64,000 nt of DNA from Eledone cirrhosa (lineage: Eukaryota), in NCBI GenBank assembly GCA_964016885.1, contig OZ024740.1, positions 157,046,001 to 157,110,000 of the forward strand, read 5' to 3'. Position numbers and translations under genes: made by a program. Below are positions 45,452 to 61,918 of the stretch, in pieces; position 1 is the stretch's first letter; each line of letters begins with the position of its first letter. A model generated the notes under the pieces. It was given only the letters and a program-made list of their open reading frames with translations, was not told the origin of the DNA and searched no databases.

Positions 45452-46277
45452 AACAAAGTCAATCTGTAAACGCAGAACTGGATATTTCAAAAAACGTTGC
45501 AATCGGAGGTTTTACATATTCTGGTATTTAGGGTTTGGCTATGTGTATACGGGAGTTTTGCGTCCGAGTGAGTATGCAGGTTCGTACGTATGGTGGGTGT
45601 GTGTATATGTGTACCTCTTGTTTTAGTTGACTTACGTTTCCGAATATTCGTGTATTTATATGTAGGTATGTGTGTGCGCTTGTTATATACGTATTTATTT
45701 ACTTATATACGCTTATATAATTATTTATTTATTTGTACACAAGCATACACACACACACATATTTATATGTGCGTGGTTTTGTATACCTATGGTAAGGTTT
45801 TGCGTATGCTTGTGTATGTACGTATCTGTTTGCGTGTATGTATTTATTTGTTTCTATTTCTTCTGTATTGTATTTATTTACTTTGTTCTTAACTCTGTAG
45901 CGGAGATTCATTTGGTCTCCTAGTTAGAATCTTAGTCTACGACTTCTGCTATACCATTTACGTGGTTTTGTCTTTGTGTGCTTTTGTTCTCCTCGCTCCA
46001 CATATGACTTATTATCTTCGTTTTTTCGTTCATTGCCAGAGAACGTCTCTATGCACCACCTAAGAGAACATTAGTCTACGACCTCTTTTATACCATATAC
46101 GTGGTTTTGTCTTTGCGCGTAATTGTTTTTCACCGCTCCTATTAATGACGTATTATTCGTTTTTTCCCGTTCTTTGCCAGCGAACGTTACCACGAACCAA
46201 AGTATCGTCTTCCTGTCTTCCTCCGATTGCAACGTTTTTTGAAATATCCAGTTCTGCGTTTACAGATTGACTTTGTT

Positions 46278-46328
46278 AGTTTCAGAAGATCCCGTTAAGG
46301 GTGAAAGCAGCGATTCTTTGCTTAAACT
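46278..46328 (+). ncRNA. Hammerhead, CAGAAGA variant (family D)
   Basis: agttt CAGAAGA tcccgttaagggt GAAA gcagcgattctttgc TT aaact. Confidence 0.65.
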
Positions 46329-46434
46329 TTAATCTGTTATTTTAATAAATATTTGCTCTACGGTTCTTATATATTTGATATATATTTTCCTTATCGAGCC
46401 CTCTTTGGATTTTAGTCTTCAATTTTATTATTAT

Positions 46435-46644
<210 letters not shown>

Positions 46645-46679
46645 GTATATATATATATGTATATATATGTATATATATG

Positions 46680-46732
<53 letters not shown>

Positions 46733-46737
46733 GTATG

Positions 46738-46770
<33 letters not shown>

Positions 46771-46833
46771 GTATGTATATATATATATATATATGTATAT
46801 GTATATATATGTATATATATATATATATGTATA

Positions 46834-46961
<128 letters not shown>

Positions 46962-47077
46962 ATATGTATATATATATATATTATATGTATATATATATAT
47001 ATATATGTAGATATATATATAATATTATAATGAAATGACAGGAGGCTGGACTTGTGTAAATCCTTGAAAGGTTTATT

Positions 47078-47135
47078 ATACTATGATCATTTCAATGACC
47101 AGGTTCCGTATGAATCCGGTGATATCATCAGGTAT
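47078..47135 (-). ncRNA. Type I minimal hammerhead (family F)
   Basis: Reverse complement of 49077-49134 with one stem II change. Confidence 0.8.
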
Positions 47136-47368
47136 TCGAAATATAATAAGCCCATGGGGCTAAAAATCGAAGACCCGAGGACGACCGCCATCCAGCAGCT
47201 TCCACCTTTGCCGGTCGCCCTCAAGTGACGTGGCTAAAGCTTACAGTGTGCTACTACCGGTCAAATAAAAGAAAACAGAAAGGGATAGAAACATAATTCA
47301 GCGTTAATATCGTGCCATAAGAAAAAAAGAAAGAAAGAAAGAAGAGAGAAGAAGAAGGGGGAAGGAAA

Positions 47369-47400
<32 letters not shown>

Positions 47401-49076
47401 AGGAAGAAAAGGAAGAAGAAGAGAAGTCAGGGTTAATGTCAGCTATAAGAAGAAAGACAGAAAGAAAGAGGAGGAAGGTCGGTATTACAGTCAGGCCAGG
47501 AATGTCCCGAAAAAAATTTATTCTAAGGGACCCGTATCTTAACAACTACTACCGGTCAAATATAGGCAAAAAAAAGGGGGAGGAAAGTCAGCGTTAATAT
47601 CATGCCACAAGGAGAAAGACAGAAAGAAGGGGGAAGAGAAGAAGAAAAGGAAGAAGAAGAAAAGACAGGGTTGATGGCTACAAGAAGAAAGATAGAAAGA
47701 AAGAGGAAGAAAGGTCGAGATTAATGTCAGACTACAGTCAGGCCAGGAATGGCGCGAAAAAAATATTTTAAAAGGGACCCGTATCTTAGCAGAGGTAAAT
47801 ATAGTGGGGGTCAGTATGTTATAATGTGTGAGCAGAAGATTGGGACGTTACATTTTTGTTTAGATTTATAGGATGAAGTTAAAGATTAATATTTAATATT
47901 AACATTATAAAATTAAAGAAATTAGAAAATTTAAAGTTAAACAGTTTAACATTTTTAAGGTTGCGAGGTTTAATCAAAGAAAGAGTCTTTTATGAAGAAA
48001 CTTAAATTTTATTATAGAGTAAAGATTATGTCTTTGTTTAGCCGTCAAACAGCATGCGGCGACCACAAGCTTGCGCAGCTCATCACTCCGAGTGATATCG
48101 CCTAGCGAAAGATATGGAAATCGATTTTTCTGAGCACTCTAGGAATGTATAACAGGCTTCAGGTGCGCCAGCAGGAAGTCAGCCCGCATCGTTAAGCCAT
48201 CCTTGTACAAAACCAGTACTATTCCTTTACCCAGGAGGGGGATTTGCTTAAGTAGAGGGAGGCGTGATACATCTAATAGTTCTGATTTGATCTGTAATTT
48301 AAAGGTACTATATGACGGTCAAAAAACCGGCTGCGCGCCGGGCCCCCGGGGCGATTCAAGCCACTCCGAGTAATTTCATTTACCGAAAGAAGGGGAAATT
48401 TATTTTTCCAAGCACTCAATGTAGGCCTATGCGCCAGGGGGCCGGTCCCGCCACCAGGAAAACCAACCCAACAGTCCGACATAAAGTTGGAACGTTAAAA
48501 TATAGTTTAGATTTATAGGATGAAGTTGAAAGAATTCAGAATAACATTATAATCTTTAACTTCATCCTATAAATCTATAGAAAAATGTAACGTCCCAATC
48601 TTCTGCTCACACATTATAACACACTGACCCCCACTATATTTACCTCTGCTAAGATACGGGTACCTTTGAAAATATTTTTTCGCGCCATTCCTGGCCTGAC
48701 TGTAGTCTGACATTAATCTCGACCTTTCTTCCTCTTTCTTTCTGTCTTTCTTCTTATAGCTGACATTAACCCTGACTTCTCTTCTTCTTCCTTTTCTTCC
48801 TTCTTTCTTTCTTTCTTTCTTTTTCCTTGCCCCTTCTTCTTCTCTCTTCTTTCTTTCTTTCTTTCTTTTTTTCTTATGGCACGATATTAACGCTGACTTA
48901 TGTTCCTATCCCTTTCTGTTTTCTTTTATTTGACCGGTAGTAGCACACTGTAAGCTTTAGCCACGTCACTTGAGGGCGACCGGCAAAGGTGGAAGCTGCT
49001 GGATGGCGGTCGTCCTCGGCTCTTCGATTTTCAGCCCCATGGATTTTATCTATTACATTCACTTATTATATTTCGA

Positions 49077-49134
49077 ATACCTGATGATATCACCGGATTC
49101 ATACGGAACCCGGTCATTGAAATGATCATAGTAT
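49077..49134 (+). ncRNA. Type I minimal hammerhead (family F)
   Basis: atac CTGATGA tatcaccgg-attcatacggaac-ccggtcatt GAAA tgatca TA gtat; palindromic stem III; predicted cleavage after 49130. Confidence 0.85.
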
Positions 49135-49332
49135 AATAAACCTTTCAAGGATTTACACAAGTCCAGCCTCCTGTCATTTCATTATAATATTTAACTCCGT
49201 ACTAGCACCACCAACTACAAAAACAAATAACGTTGAACTGCTTTACGTTGAGTACTCTCCATATTATTACATTAGGATTGACCATACGAAATTGACCAGC
49301 TCTATACAGTGGTGAACCTCAAACCTGAATAA

Positions 49333-49363
<31 letters not shown>

Positions 49364-49416
49364 TATTGAACGGGAACAAAACAGAGAGGCAGTACAAACA
49401 AAGGTTTATATATATG

Positions 49417-49984
<568 letters not shown>

Positions 49985-50123
49985 CACTCCGGAATACTGA
50001 AAGATCAGGAACTAAGTTTCTTGAACAATTCTTCCATAACTCGTAGAGTAACCTCTTACCGTACGTCAACCATATCCAGTGTAGTAATTAACCATCACTA
50101 CATCTTGGATAATCCTATACCTA

Positions 50124-50157
<34 letters not shown>

Positions 50158-50168
50158 GTATATATATG

Positions 50169-50199
<31 letters not shown>

Positions 50200-50294
50200 G
50201 TATGTATATATATATATGTATATATATATATATGTATACATATATATGTATATATATATATATGTATATATATATATGTATATATATATGTATA

Positions 50295-50393
<99 letters not shown>

Positions 50394-51219
50394 GTAGAAA
50401 GATTTGAATGGATACAGTTTAGTTGAAAGGAATTTATTGACAAGTGTTTCTATAACAGTTACATAACCTAAAACAGCTGCTATCTACAATCTTTTAGTTA
50501 TGCAGACATTCAATATTTCAATGTTATTATTTACTGTCATTTCATCAGAATAATATTACTGAGGACCTATTTAGTTTTTATAGAGAATATTAGGAGGGAG
50601 GGGTGAAGTTGTTAGAAGAATAGTTGAAGGAGTGGTTTTTCGATAGCAGTGAGAATTCTTGGTGGCAGTATATATATATGTATATATATATATATATGTA
50701 TATGTATATATATATATGTAGGAGGTGAGTTTTGTTGTAGTACAATAAAGCAATGCAGATATCGGATAAGAAGCACTCTAGAGTTTGTGGGACTGGAGTA
50801 TACATAATATATAAGAACAAAAGATGGTTAAAGGAGTTCCATGTATTAACTCCTTCTCTTTCTTCGCACACATTTTTCTCTTTTTCTCTTCGTTAATTTT
50901 CAAATTCTTTTAATTTATACATTATCTTCCAACGGTTTTCAACCTCTCTATGTAAAACAATATATCTTTCTCAGTTATAAAAACTATCTCTCTCTCTCTA
51001 TCACCCATCTCTCCACATATCTCATCCTTCCTCACTATACTCCTCCCTCTCCACCTTCACTCTCATCTCCTCCTCTTTTTTTCATCCTTTCCACCCCACC
51101 CCCCTCTAAATAAAATATTTTTCCCAATATCACACATCAATCTAAAACTACTTCTCATATGTTGATTTAAAACTGAACTATCCACAAGTGTTTTTTAGCC
51201 TTCATATCATGTCCTCCTG

Positions 51220-51286
51220 TTTTATCTGATGAAAACACAAATATTATTGCATGATGATATTTGTTTTTGAAATGCGCATAATAAAA
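51220..51286 (+). ncRNA. Type I minimal hammerhead (family G)
   Basis: ttttat CTGATGA aaacacaaatattat-tgcatg-atgatatttgttttt GAAA tgcgca TA ataaaa; palindromic stem III; predicted cleavage after 51280. Confidence 0.85.
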
Positions 51287-51329
51287 TACATGGAACTCCT
51301 TTAACCATCTTTTGTTCTTATATATTATG

Positions 51330-51365
<36 letters not shown>

Positions 51366-51375
51366 GATATATGTA

Positions 51376-51455
<80 letters not shown>

Positions 51456-51459
51456 TATA

Positions 51460-51497
<38 letters not shown>

Positions 51498-51507
51498 GAT
51501 ATAGATA

Positions 51508-51711
<204 letters not shown>

Positions 51712-51742
51712 CATATATATGTATACATATACATATATATGT

Positions 51743-51848
<106 letters not shown>

Positions 51849-51901
51849 CATATATATATATGGCAAGTAAGTATGTTTTTGAAACAGTGAGCAGGTTTGA
51901 A

Positions 51902-52340
<439 letters not shown>

Positions 52341-52507
52341 TATATTTAAAAGAACTGCTTCATTTGAAAAAAATCATCATCTGATTTTTAAACTCTACTG
52401 ATGTCCCCGATTGAACCGCGGGGCTCACATATATATACATATATATATACATATACATATATGTGTGTATCTGTCCTTGTGTGTTTATATATCTATATCG
52501 ACATCGT

Positions 52508-52625
52508 TTGAGTTCAAATCCCACCGAGGTTAACTTTGCCTTTCATCTTTACGGAGTCGATAAAATAAAGTACCAGTAATGTACTGGGTATTTGCTGGCC
52601 TTGTGCCAAATGTAGAAACAATTAT
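52508..52625 (+). mobile_element. 5'-truncated tRNA-derived SINE
   Basis: B-box and body as at 12405. Confidence 0.8.
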
Positions 52626-52868
52626 AATAATATATCGACATAGACATGTGAGAGTGATAATATATGCATGTTTGTATTCTTTAGTTTATTTTAGCCAACA
52701 TAGCTAACGCCATGTAGGAACTCAACTTTCGTGAGCGTGTGTGTACTTCGTTATCAGAAGTTAGGCGAAGATAGAAAGCTTTTTGTTTTATCTAGACATC
52801 AAATGGAGACAAAACATTCAGTAAATTTAAGAGCAGAATATGAATATTATTCAGATAGATTAGCTGAT

Positions 52869-53001
<133 letters not shown>

Positions 53002-53003
53002 TG

Positions 53004-53042
<39 letters not shown>

Positions 53043-53284
53043 TACAAGAGATAAATAACTAAATAATCTAACACTCCTATTCTGTAATGGTGTATTTGTT
53101 CTCTGTCTAAGTTATAAGCTGTGATACGTCACAGGTGTGAGGCATAGAATGTGAGAAGTCGTGACGTGTCATATAACTGAATTTTCTTTACGCCGTAACA
53201 TGCCACCCAATTTAATGGCAACACGAGCAAACTAAATCATAGGAGGGCGCCTCTCTATGGTCGATTGATCTATTAGAAATAGCA

Positions 53285-53354
<70 letters not shown>

Positions 53355-54593
53355 GAAACTCCACCGTCATAAATTCTAAGAAAAAAAATTGGTTAATGTC
53401 CTAGATAGGCCTGAAAATACAGAATAGTGGTGACTGGAATTTCTGGAAATAGGGTTGTTCGATCAGAAATAACCAGGTGTTATAAACAACAGTATCTACT
53501 TCTTCTTGGGCCTTGTGTAATTTGAGTGGTACACTTACCATGTCGCCTTCTTAATCACCACCACTTCAGTATTGAGCTTTTTACAAGAGTTTACATTTTT
53601 GGCAAACATTCTAAACAATCCTGTTGTCCCCTCCTCGCCCGAGATTTTCTTAAAGAATTAGTCTGAAGTTGCCCAAACTGCATATCAACCGCATTAATGT
53701 CATCAGTCTGTCGTAGGTCTTTTTTATTGTTTATTTAGGAAGAGAAGGGCAGTACTCACAACCGTTTCCAGTGGAAAGGTGTCCTCAAACAGGAAATATA
53801 GCGTGATTACTAGCGTTTTCTCCTAAGCCCTGACCCCTCTAATAATTCCCCGACTGCCAATATTCTCCTGATTTACGTCTTGAAAAATAACAAAATTAAT
53901 AAAGGGACTTAACTTTCACTGACTCTGTACACCAAACTATAAATAAACACTTTCTCGCAGCTTGAATTATAAATATCACCGATGCCCAATATATCAATTC
54001 TGAGGTTGATAAGTAGGTAACAGTCGTGTGCTGGTGTCAGTGGAATCAACTATATACATTTTATACAAATTTGAGGCGCTCTATCTAGCTTAATATGGAA
54101 AACTGATGGGTAAATACATTTTTACTATTTCTGTTACATACACGAGTATGTGTCCGTGAAACATATACACAAGGTCCGAACACAAAAGAACGAAATTCCC
54201 ACTGTCACTGCCTCCGTCTCCCCATCCCTCACTATCATAAGCAAAAGTGGACCCATGCACTGGCCGTCCCGCGTCCCCGGCCGACAGAATGGAGAAGGCG
54301 TTTCCCTTGAGGATGGTGAGAGAGACGCGCTAGAAGAACCCTTGCAGCTCGCAAGGCTCACACTTGCGGGTAGCCAACTCTGTAACGGTAGTGGTGAGCA
54401 GGGCGGTGGTCTTAGGTACAAGGACACTAGAAGTCTCTAATGCTACGGGCTCGACGGTAAAACTGTCGGAGAGCGACCGATATTTGGAGAATTTATCTTC
54501 CTCTGCCTGAAGTGTGGCAGGGCCTGGGTTAGTCGGAAAATCAATATTGTATGACCCATAATTATCGATGATTTATTTTATTTTCTCTTCCAG

Positions 54594-54707
54594 GTGGTCT
54601 ATGGTGCAATCGAACCTGGGATGGCGTTATGTGTTGGGACGATACACCAGCATCAACATCAGAGAGACAACCTTGTCCAAATTATGTTCATGGTTTCCAA
54701 ACATCTA
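54594..54707 (+). CDS. Class B1 GPCR (calcitonin/CGRP/DH31-receptor-like): internal exon encoding part of the hormone-binding domain
   Basis: Polypyrimidine-cag acceptor and gtaagt donor; phase 1 to 1; GLWCNRTWDGVMCWDDTPASTSERQPCPNYVHGFQTS carries the C-x3-WDG-x2-CW and CP motifs. Confidence 0.93.
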
Positions 54708-55370
54708 GTAAGTATGAAAGTGGTAATAGAAATAATTACAAACCTGTCAGCCCTCGCCGTCCGACGAGGAGAACTCCCATCCACTTTGGGGTGGGTGAGA
54801 AATGTCTTTTGTGAAAATAGGTATAGCTTTCATTATTTAAAATCTCCCGATTTTGCTTCATTCTTCCCCTTTTTCGGACATTTTTTTTTTTTCATGGTAC
54901 ACTCCGTTTCGGTTTTTAGAGGTTGGCAGGTCTGTAACTAAAGAAGACATTCGCATGAATTTGAATAATTACTTAAAGGGTGGTGTATTGATTGCCGCAC
55001 AGAATTAAGTACTTGACTGGTACTTTATTTTGTCTTCTCTAGAGTTATTTGAACCCAAAATCTAAAGGGGCGTAACTAAAAACAGTCAGTTATTTTGTTC
55101 GATGCTCCACTGGGTTACATTCTACTATCCCCTTTGTAGTTATAACAATGTTTTCTGACGTACCCAAAACAAATAATTTTGAAGTATTGTCAATTTAATA
55201 AATCCCTAGCATTTTGCTGGTTCTTTATTTCTCGGAAATATGAAAGGTAAGCTCAATAATGATGGAATTTAAACGCAGAAAATAAAGAGAATTAACTAAA
55301 TACACGAAGGAATTTCTTCTTATGTAGGCCTTATAGTTATTATTATCTAAGTATATTATGCCAGTTACTA

Positions 55371-55934
55371 TACGAGGGTGCTTCAAAAAGGTCGGGAAAA
55401 CGGACAGTTAGAAGAAACGGTTTAAGCTATAATGTTTAATTTTCGACATATGCCCCATCTAGGTCAATACACTTCTGCAAGCATTGATACCAACTTTTAT
55501 GTTCATCTGTGTAAAACTGTGGGCCATGCGATTTAAACCATGTCAAAGCTGTTTTTTTTTTCTTTTCTTTTCAATCTTCAACTGGGGATCGTCTTCAACC
55601 TCATTTCTTCCCCTTCTAAAACGACTTATCCATTTGTAGGCTGTTGATTTCTTTGGAGCATTGTCCCCATAAACTTACTCCAGAGCGTCAATGATTTGGC
55701 TGCTATTCCACCCTAGCTTCACCATAAATTTGATATTTTGATGGAGGCCATGTTGCTCGAGCAGGTGCTGACTTCCGAGTGGCGGCGCCGCATTGCAACA
55801 TGCATTTAAGGGTTCATGTTAGAACATGTTATGACACCTTAATACGAGAACGTAAATGTGCATTGAGATCAAAATCCTTGCATATGATTCTTAGCTATGT
55901 ACTTTTTCCACGAACCTTTTGAAGCTCCCTCGTA
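55371..55934 (-). mobile_element. Mariner-derived deletion element
   Basis: TIRs tacgagggtgcttcaaaaagg / ccttttgaagctccctcgta with TA ends; minus-strand remnant QKCIDLDGAYVEN* resembles a mariner transposase C-terminus. Confidence 0.85.
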
Positions 55935-57849
55935 TATAGAAATTATACTAATTACTATATAAAGAGAAGTCAGTAATGGAGTCTCTGTGGGGGAGGTCAC
56001 CTAATTTGCTAGAAATAGCAGGGAAATGATTTTCAAATCAAACATTTTCTGTCTTAAAAAGAGAAAGACAAATTAAATAATGTAATCCTAGGTTTACTTC
56101 TAAAAGATGGGGTGGTCATGGCTGAAATAACTACATTAGGAAAAACTATTACTCAGCAATCTCAGTAACCTCTATAAGATTAGTTCCTCTATTGAACCAA
56201 GAAAGAAAAGAATCATTTATTTAATACTCTCTGCTAGTATCCAGGTTGGTTAATGGGTAATGACTGATACTATGTGTTTTCTTACAACAAGCAAAGCACT
56301 ATTTTAAATGATGCTATTAAGAAACAAATGATTGTTATTAGGAAACAAAAGATAAGTGTTATTTACCAAGATAAGAACGTTTACGCAAGAATACCCCCAC
56401 CCCACCCATCACTCACACACACTTTTTATTTCTTGAAAACAAATTTGTTCATGGCTGTTATACCGCTAAAATAAACATTCAAAGAATTTCTCATGACAGA
56501 GATATGACAGTCACAGGGTTCATGGGTTGCTTGTGCCAGAGATAGAGTTTTGAGTGGGGGAAAAATAGCCCTCTCTGCCATTATTTAATAAATAAATATA
56601 AAATCTGAGGCGTAAGGCAACCAGTAAACTCCCTTTGAGACGAGAGGGAGACGCAGTTCTAATCAATTTAACTTCAATTATGTTGCTATTACTATTAAGC
56701 TATATATCAGATCTTATATAGCAGTTATATGATTAACCCGTTTGATCTAAAACCACATGAATACGACTCTGGTTGTATGGTTCAAGCTGTTTGTTTTAAA
56801 GTGTTCATATTTAAATTAAAACCTTCCATCATGACTTTATGAAAGAAAATGTTGTTATGTTCAAAGCATAACTGTAAGAATGAAAAATGTTATTTTAACA
56901 AATCCCTCGAAATTCATGATTATTCTAAAAAAAAAATATTTGAAACACAGAAGCAGTGTCTTACATTAGAAAAATAGTAACGAAAGGGTCAAGCTATTCA
57001 GGCATAATTTTATCTCGAACTGTATCATGTTCCTTCCTTTTCTAAGGCAGTATAGTATAATTCGATTGAGATCTCACTGGTATTTCTAGCAAGCCTATTT
57101 CCCGCATAAAGACTCCAGCGTTGGTTCGTTCACCGCTAATGTTCTTTATAGATATATGAACATCACTCAATCTCATTTTATTTTCTACTTTCTATAGTTG
57201 ATGTGAGATCGACGTGGTTATTATGTTCCACGTGGATAGTTACAAATTGATAGCTGCAATTATAGACTCATTAAGTATAATATAGTGATAATGATCATAA
57301 TAAGATTGAAATAGTAGTATGCTGTCGCTAATGTTGACAATGAAGGTGGTGCTGAGAAAGGGGTGGAAGGCGGTGATAGCTGCAATGATGATTGTGATAT
57401 TAGTGAGGATATGATAATGGGGAGGAGGGTGAGGAGAAGAACCCTCTCATGCAATGGTCGATTATGATTTCATTCCAATCGTCTTAATTTCCTCCTGCTG
57501 TGTTCGCACCTTAATCACAACTACTTTCCGGTACTTATGCTAGCTCAGCACCATTTATTTGTATAACAACATACGAGTGATCACAACTAGATGAGCGTTA
57601 TCTAACATGTAACAAAGACAAATAACATCCAGCTGTTCAGACAACTGAATGTCCGACTCATTAAATTAACATGCAGGTCGTTGACTATCTCAAAGACACG
57701 TGTAACCATATCATAATTCCCGAGACGAATCATTGTGACAATATATGACAAAGCTATATCTTTGTCTTATAGGTACAATCCATCCGACAATCTTCCACAC
57801 AATTTACGTATCTCAATTTTCAATCACAATCCGAGACTATGATAACGAA

Positions 57850-58280
57850 ACCTGCCTGTGATATCATACTGTGGGGTCGAACTCAGAACTTCACATTTTC
57901 GAAGCACACCTTTTAACCACTTTGTCATGCCTGCATCCACAAACCGAACTATTAACGAACTAGGAACGGTTTTGTCAATTCTCAAACGTTTAGAAATAGC
58001 AATAATAAGGGTCAATATGAAATTCTCATTGTGGTCACTCAACCTCCTAGAAATGTTCTTTCGTATTACATTCAAATGTCTTTTTTTAATGGAAAGATGT
58101 ATTGTAAAGGCACGTGACATAATGGTTAGGATGTTGGACCCTCGATTGACTGGGTGGTGTATTGAATTCTTCAGTATGATGCATAATTTCAGGTTGCTTT
58201 TCATGATTGGGGCCCATGTCGTTAGAACACCAGAGAAACCACCTCTGAGATGTAACTCATACAAGGCGAGGTAAACCTGC
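57850..58280 (-). mobile_element. Old Penelope-like RT C-terminal remnant
   Basis: VNRGSNILTI and NVIRKNISRRLSD resemble the SNHP...I..RLS region of the 42 kb PLE. Confidence 0.45.
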
Positions 58281-58511
58281 ATGGCTGGGGTGTAAATTTC
58301 ATCTTTCTTTCTTCTCATATTGGATAATGTCATTTGAGATAAACTGTAGTTAAAAAGACAGGATAGTAAAGATTAAAGTGTTTTTGATAAGTCTGTATGG
58401 TAGTTTTAGAGGAAATAAGAAGATATTAGGTATGCGGTAGCAATGGTTTAAACAAATCTAGCTGTCGGTTCTACTAACGCAAACATGTTGCTAATAACGA
58501 AGATGATGATA

Positions 58512-59075
58512 ATAATTGTTTCTATATTTGGTACAAGGCCAGCAATTTGAAGTGAAGGCGTAAGTCGATTAAATCGACGCCAGTACGTTACTGGTTCGTT
58601 ATTTTATTGACCACCATCAGGATGAAATGCAAAGCTAATCTTGACAGGATTTGAACTCAGAACGTAAAGGGCCGTAACTTTATGCCGCAAATCATGTTGT
58701 CCGACGCTCGACCTATACTACCAATCGACTGCTTATGATAATAATAGTTTCTTATTTAGACACAAGGCCAGCAATTTGAAGGGTAGGTGGCAAAGTCGAT
58801 TAAATCGACCCCAGTGCGTTATTAGTGTTTTATGTTATCGACCTCGTTAGAAAGACAAAGCTAACACCGGCGGGATTTAAATTCAGACGTAAAGGGTCGT
58901 AATTCTATACCGCAATTCTCTACCGGTACTGCCAATTCAATAGTAATAATTGTTTCTACTTTAGGTACAAGGCCAGAAATTCTTGAGGGGTAGAAGATCG
59001 ATTAAATCGACCCAAGTGTATTACTGGTGCTTGATTTTATCGACCCCGTAACGATGAAAGGCAAAGCTAAGCTCG
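58512..59075 (-). mobile_element. Three tandem SINE copies just upstream of a GPCR exon
   Basis: Repeated aattgtttct...acaaggccagcaatt...tcgaccc...aaagctaa blocks. Confidence 0.8.
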
Positions 59076-59131
59076 TACCGTAATAATAATAATAGTCTTT
59101 CTTCACTGTTATCAATTGTGTTATCTTCTAG

Positions 59132-59244
59132 ATTATGCCGTCAAAACATGTACAAAAGAGGGCTCTTGGTTCATAAAATCCGACACCAATACATCATGGA
59201 CTAATTACTCTTCTTGTGTTGAGGTATTTCCTGATACCTTCAAA
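59132..59244 (+). CDS. Class B1 GPCR exon: C-terminal half of the hormone-binding domain
   Basis: ttatcttctag acceptor and gtaagt donor; phase 1 to 0; (N)YAVKTCTKEGSWFIKSDTNTSWTNYSSCVEVFPDTFK has C-x3-G-x-W and WTNYxxC. Confidence 0.93.
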
Positions 59245-61512
59245 GTAAGTGAACCATTTTTACTTGGTATTCTTTTTGTTTTTTACTGTTTAGTCAAGGA
59301 GTGAAGCACAATGCGCCTGAAATTTTTTATGTCCTTCGAGACTGATAGAAAGACAGGGCTGAGAAAATATATTAACCGAAGACCTGATCTGAATATTTTG
59401 AACGGAGTGGACACTGTTTTAAGTGCCCGAGGGCCAAGTGGTTGTGTTAAAGCGGGTGACAGATAATACCAATGCAAGAGTAAGCCACTAACGGATTTGA
59501 ATTCACAATGTAAATATAGAACAAATACCACAAGGCATCTCGGCTGACGCTCTATCAGTTCTGCTAATCAACCTCTCTAGACTGATACTTTACTTTAGCT
59601 ATTCCGATATGATGAAAGATAAAGTTGCCTTCCGTGGGATTTTAGCTCACAGTACAGAGAGTCTATGCTGAAACAATTATGCCAAATCATCTTCTGTCTG
59701 CCACTTCAGCATCAGGGAGGGCTGTTGTTGTTGATGTTATTGTTGGTGGTGGTTTTAGTTTTGGTGAGTCCAAGGCAAGCTCTTATGAAGTAGACTGGTA
59801 ACCAAAAGACATTCCAGCCGTGACCATCCCGTTCTTTTTGTATTTGATTTTAAGAGTGTGTTTAAAACCATACCATGCGATGTGTTCTTCCCATTTAAGT
59901 AATAGGCAGGGTTAATTTGAGGAAATGTGGCAGCTATTTCTAACAAATCGAGCTGCTATGTACAACCTGCTTTGATATTATTGCGATTTAGTCCCAAGTG
60001 TGCTCTGATTGATCAGAGCGGTGATCAAAACATTGCAGCGGTGTACACCCTAATCTTTTGTGAATCATTCAAGATCACATTATCCAATATTTCCTTTCCT
60101 TATTCATGACAGCAGGGTCGGATTTGAAGGAGATTTGGCTGCTATTTCTGGAAGATTGGGTGATTGCTTTGTTGCTTCCTTGACTCTTCTAGACACCGCG
60201 TTAGCTGTGATGATTTTACTAAAACGATAAAAGACTGAATTACACAACTCGTAGTGTTTAGGTACTTTCCTCTATATCCTAATTTCAAATTACTCAGTGC
60301 AAAACATCATCATATCTTTCTTCTGTGATCGATAACAATAATTATCAGTAATACACTGGTAATGATTAAATCAACTGTACTCCGGTCTCTGAATATTTGA
60401 AACCTAATTAGAATAGAAATTTTGTCAGCCCTTTATTTCATTATAAATGTCAAACATTTATAAAAGGAATGGCTTAGATCAGTTGTTCCCAAATTTATTT
60501 TCTAAAGATTATAGACACTCTCCACGGCTCTAATTTTCATAAAATATTAAATGACGCAAACTCTGCTTAAGGGAAACAATCTATTGATTACAAAGAGATA
60601 TAATGAATTTTTATTAGTTTGGTTCTAAAAGAAACCTTACCTCGCGGAAGCCTGGTGTTTCTCGGAACCCACTTTGGGAAACACTGGCATGGAGTGATGA
60701 TGAAGCATTTAGGGAAATTAAGTGAATTTTCACCATCATGAATCGAACATCGGATCGATTGTTTATTTATGGTATGGTCTATTGCCAAACAAAGCCGCTC
60801 AAGTATGGGGCGGAAACAGTTGAATAACTTAGGTTCTTCACTGGTGTCTATTTTACGTTCTCAACGGATGGTAAAGTTGAACTCATATTATAATGTGATG
60901 CGTAGAATCACCTAAAAGTAGTTCATCTAACGTTCTGCTGCTGCCAACCTATCGCACTATGCTAAGGCGTCTCAACGTATTGACTCAACCTGCTAGAAAT
61001 AGCAAAATAAATTTCGTATTATCTCCTACTGTATTTTAGTTAGGGAAACGAGCGGGCAGTCCGTCCCCTATGACACTTTTATACGGCGGCACATTTGTGT
61101 CTGTTATATAAGCTTGTACCGGGACACTACTTAGAGTTGAATGACCTTTTCGATTTCGAGTAACTTAAATTATGGTATAAGATGAGTGACTGTGCAATAT
61201 GTTGTAGTTTCGGGGGGGTAGGACAGACTCGGCAAACTCAATGACTATCCTGGGCTTCACACACTCGAGCTAAACCCGTCACACATAAAAAGGAAAGAAC
61301 ACATGAAATTAGGGTATATAGATACCCTAAAATGAAATGGTGGGCAAAACTACATGTCCTTTGACCTTAGTTCTGCTCATTTAGAGTTGATTTTGAGCTA
61401 AACAGCAACGACTTACCCTACAGTTTTAGCATCAGTAATATCATGCAGAGAAAAAAAGTGTTCGATTAACAGAAAATTCTGTTTACGAAATTAACATACA
61501 TTATATTTGTCT

Positions 61513-61918
61513 TGGCAGTATCGGTAGAGGTTCGGACGCCATGCTTTGACGCATAGAGTTACGGCCCTTGCCATTCTGAGTTCAAATCCCGCCGAGGTTA
61601 ACTTTGCCTTTCATCCTTACGGGGTCGATAAAATAAAGTACCAGTAATGTACTGGGTAATTTTCTGGCCTTGTGCCAATAGTAGAAACAATTATATTTGT
61701 CATAATCTTGTGGTGTATTTGTCATAAAGGTGGTGGATTGGCAGTATCGGTAGAGGGTCGGACGTCATGCTTTCCAGCATAGTTACGTCCCTTTACGATC
61801 TGAGTTCAAATCCCGCCGAGGTTGACTTTGCCTTTCATCCTTACGAGGTCGATAAAATAAAGTACCAGTAATGCACTGGGTAATTTCTGGCCTTGTGTCT
61901 AAAGTAGAAACAATTATA
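61513..61918 (+). mobile_element. Two tandem tRNA-derived SINE copies (61513-61693, ~61730-61918)
   Basis: Near-identical to 12405-12592. Confidence 0.88.

Larger units (their letters stand above)
47021..49190. mobile_element. ~2.2 kb non-coding element with long inverted arms and internal tandem sub-repeats, with a hammerhead in each arm (family F)
   Basis: ~47021-47480 pairs with ~48725-49190, and ~47690-47890 pairs with ~48550-48755. Confidence 0.85.

Noticed and set aside
50505-50552. Minus-strand CTGATGA-aatg...catt-GAAA-tattgaatg-TC
   Set aside because: Cores and stem II are present but stem I does not pair; not counted as a ribozyme
54134-54530. GC-richer ORFs just upstream of the first GPCR exon
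   Set aside because: No recognisable domain or splice context; probably an old retroelement remnant
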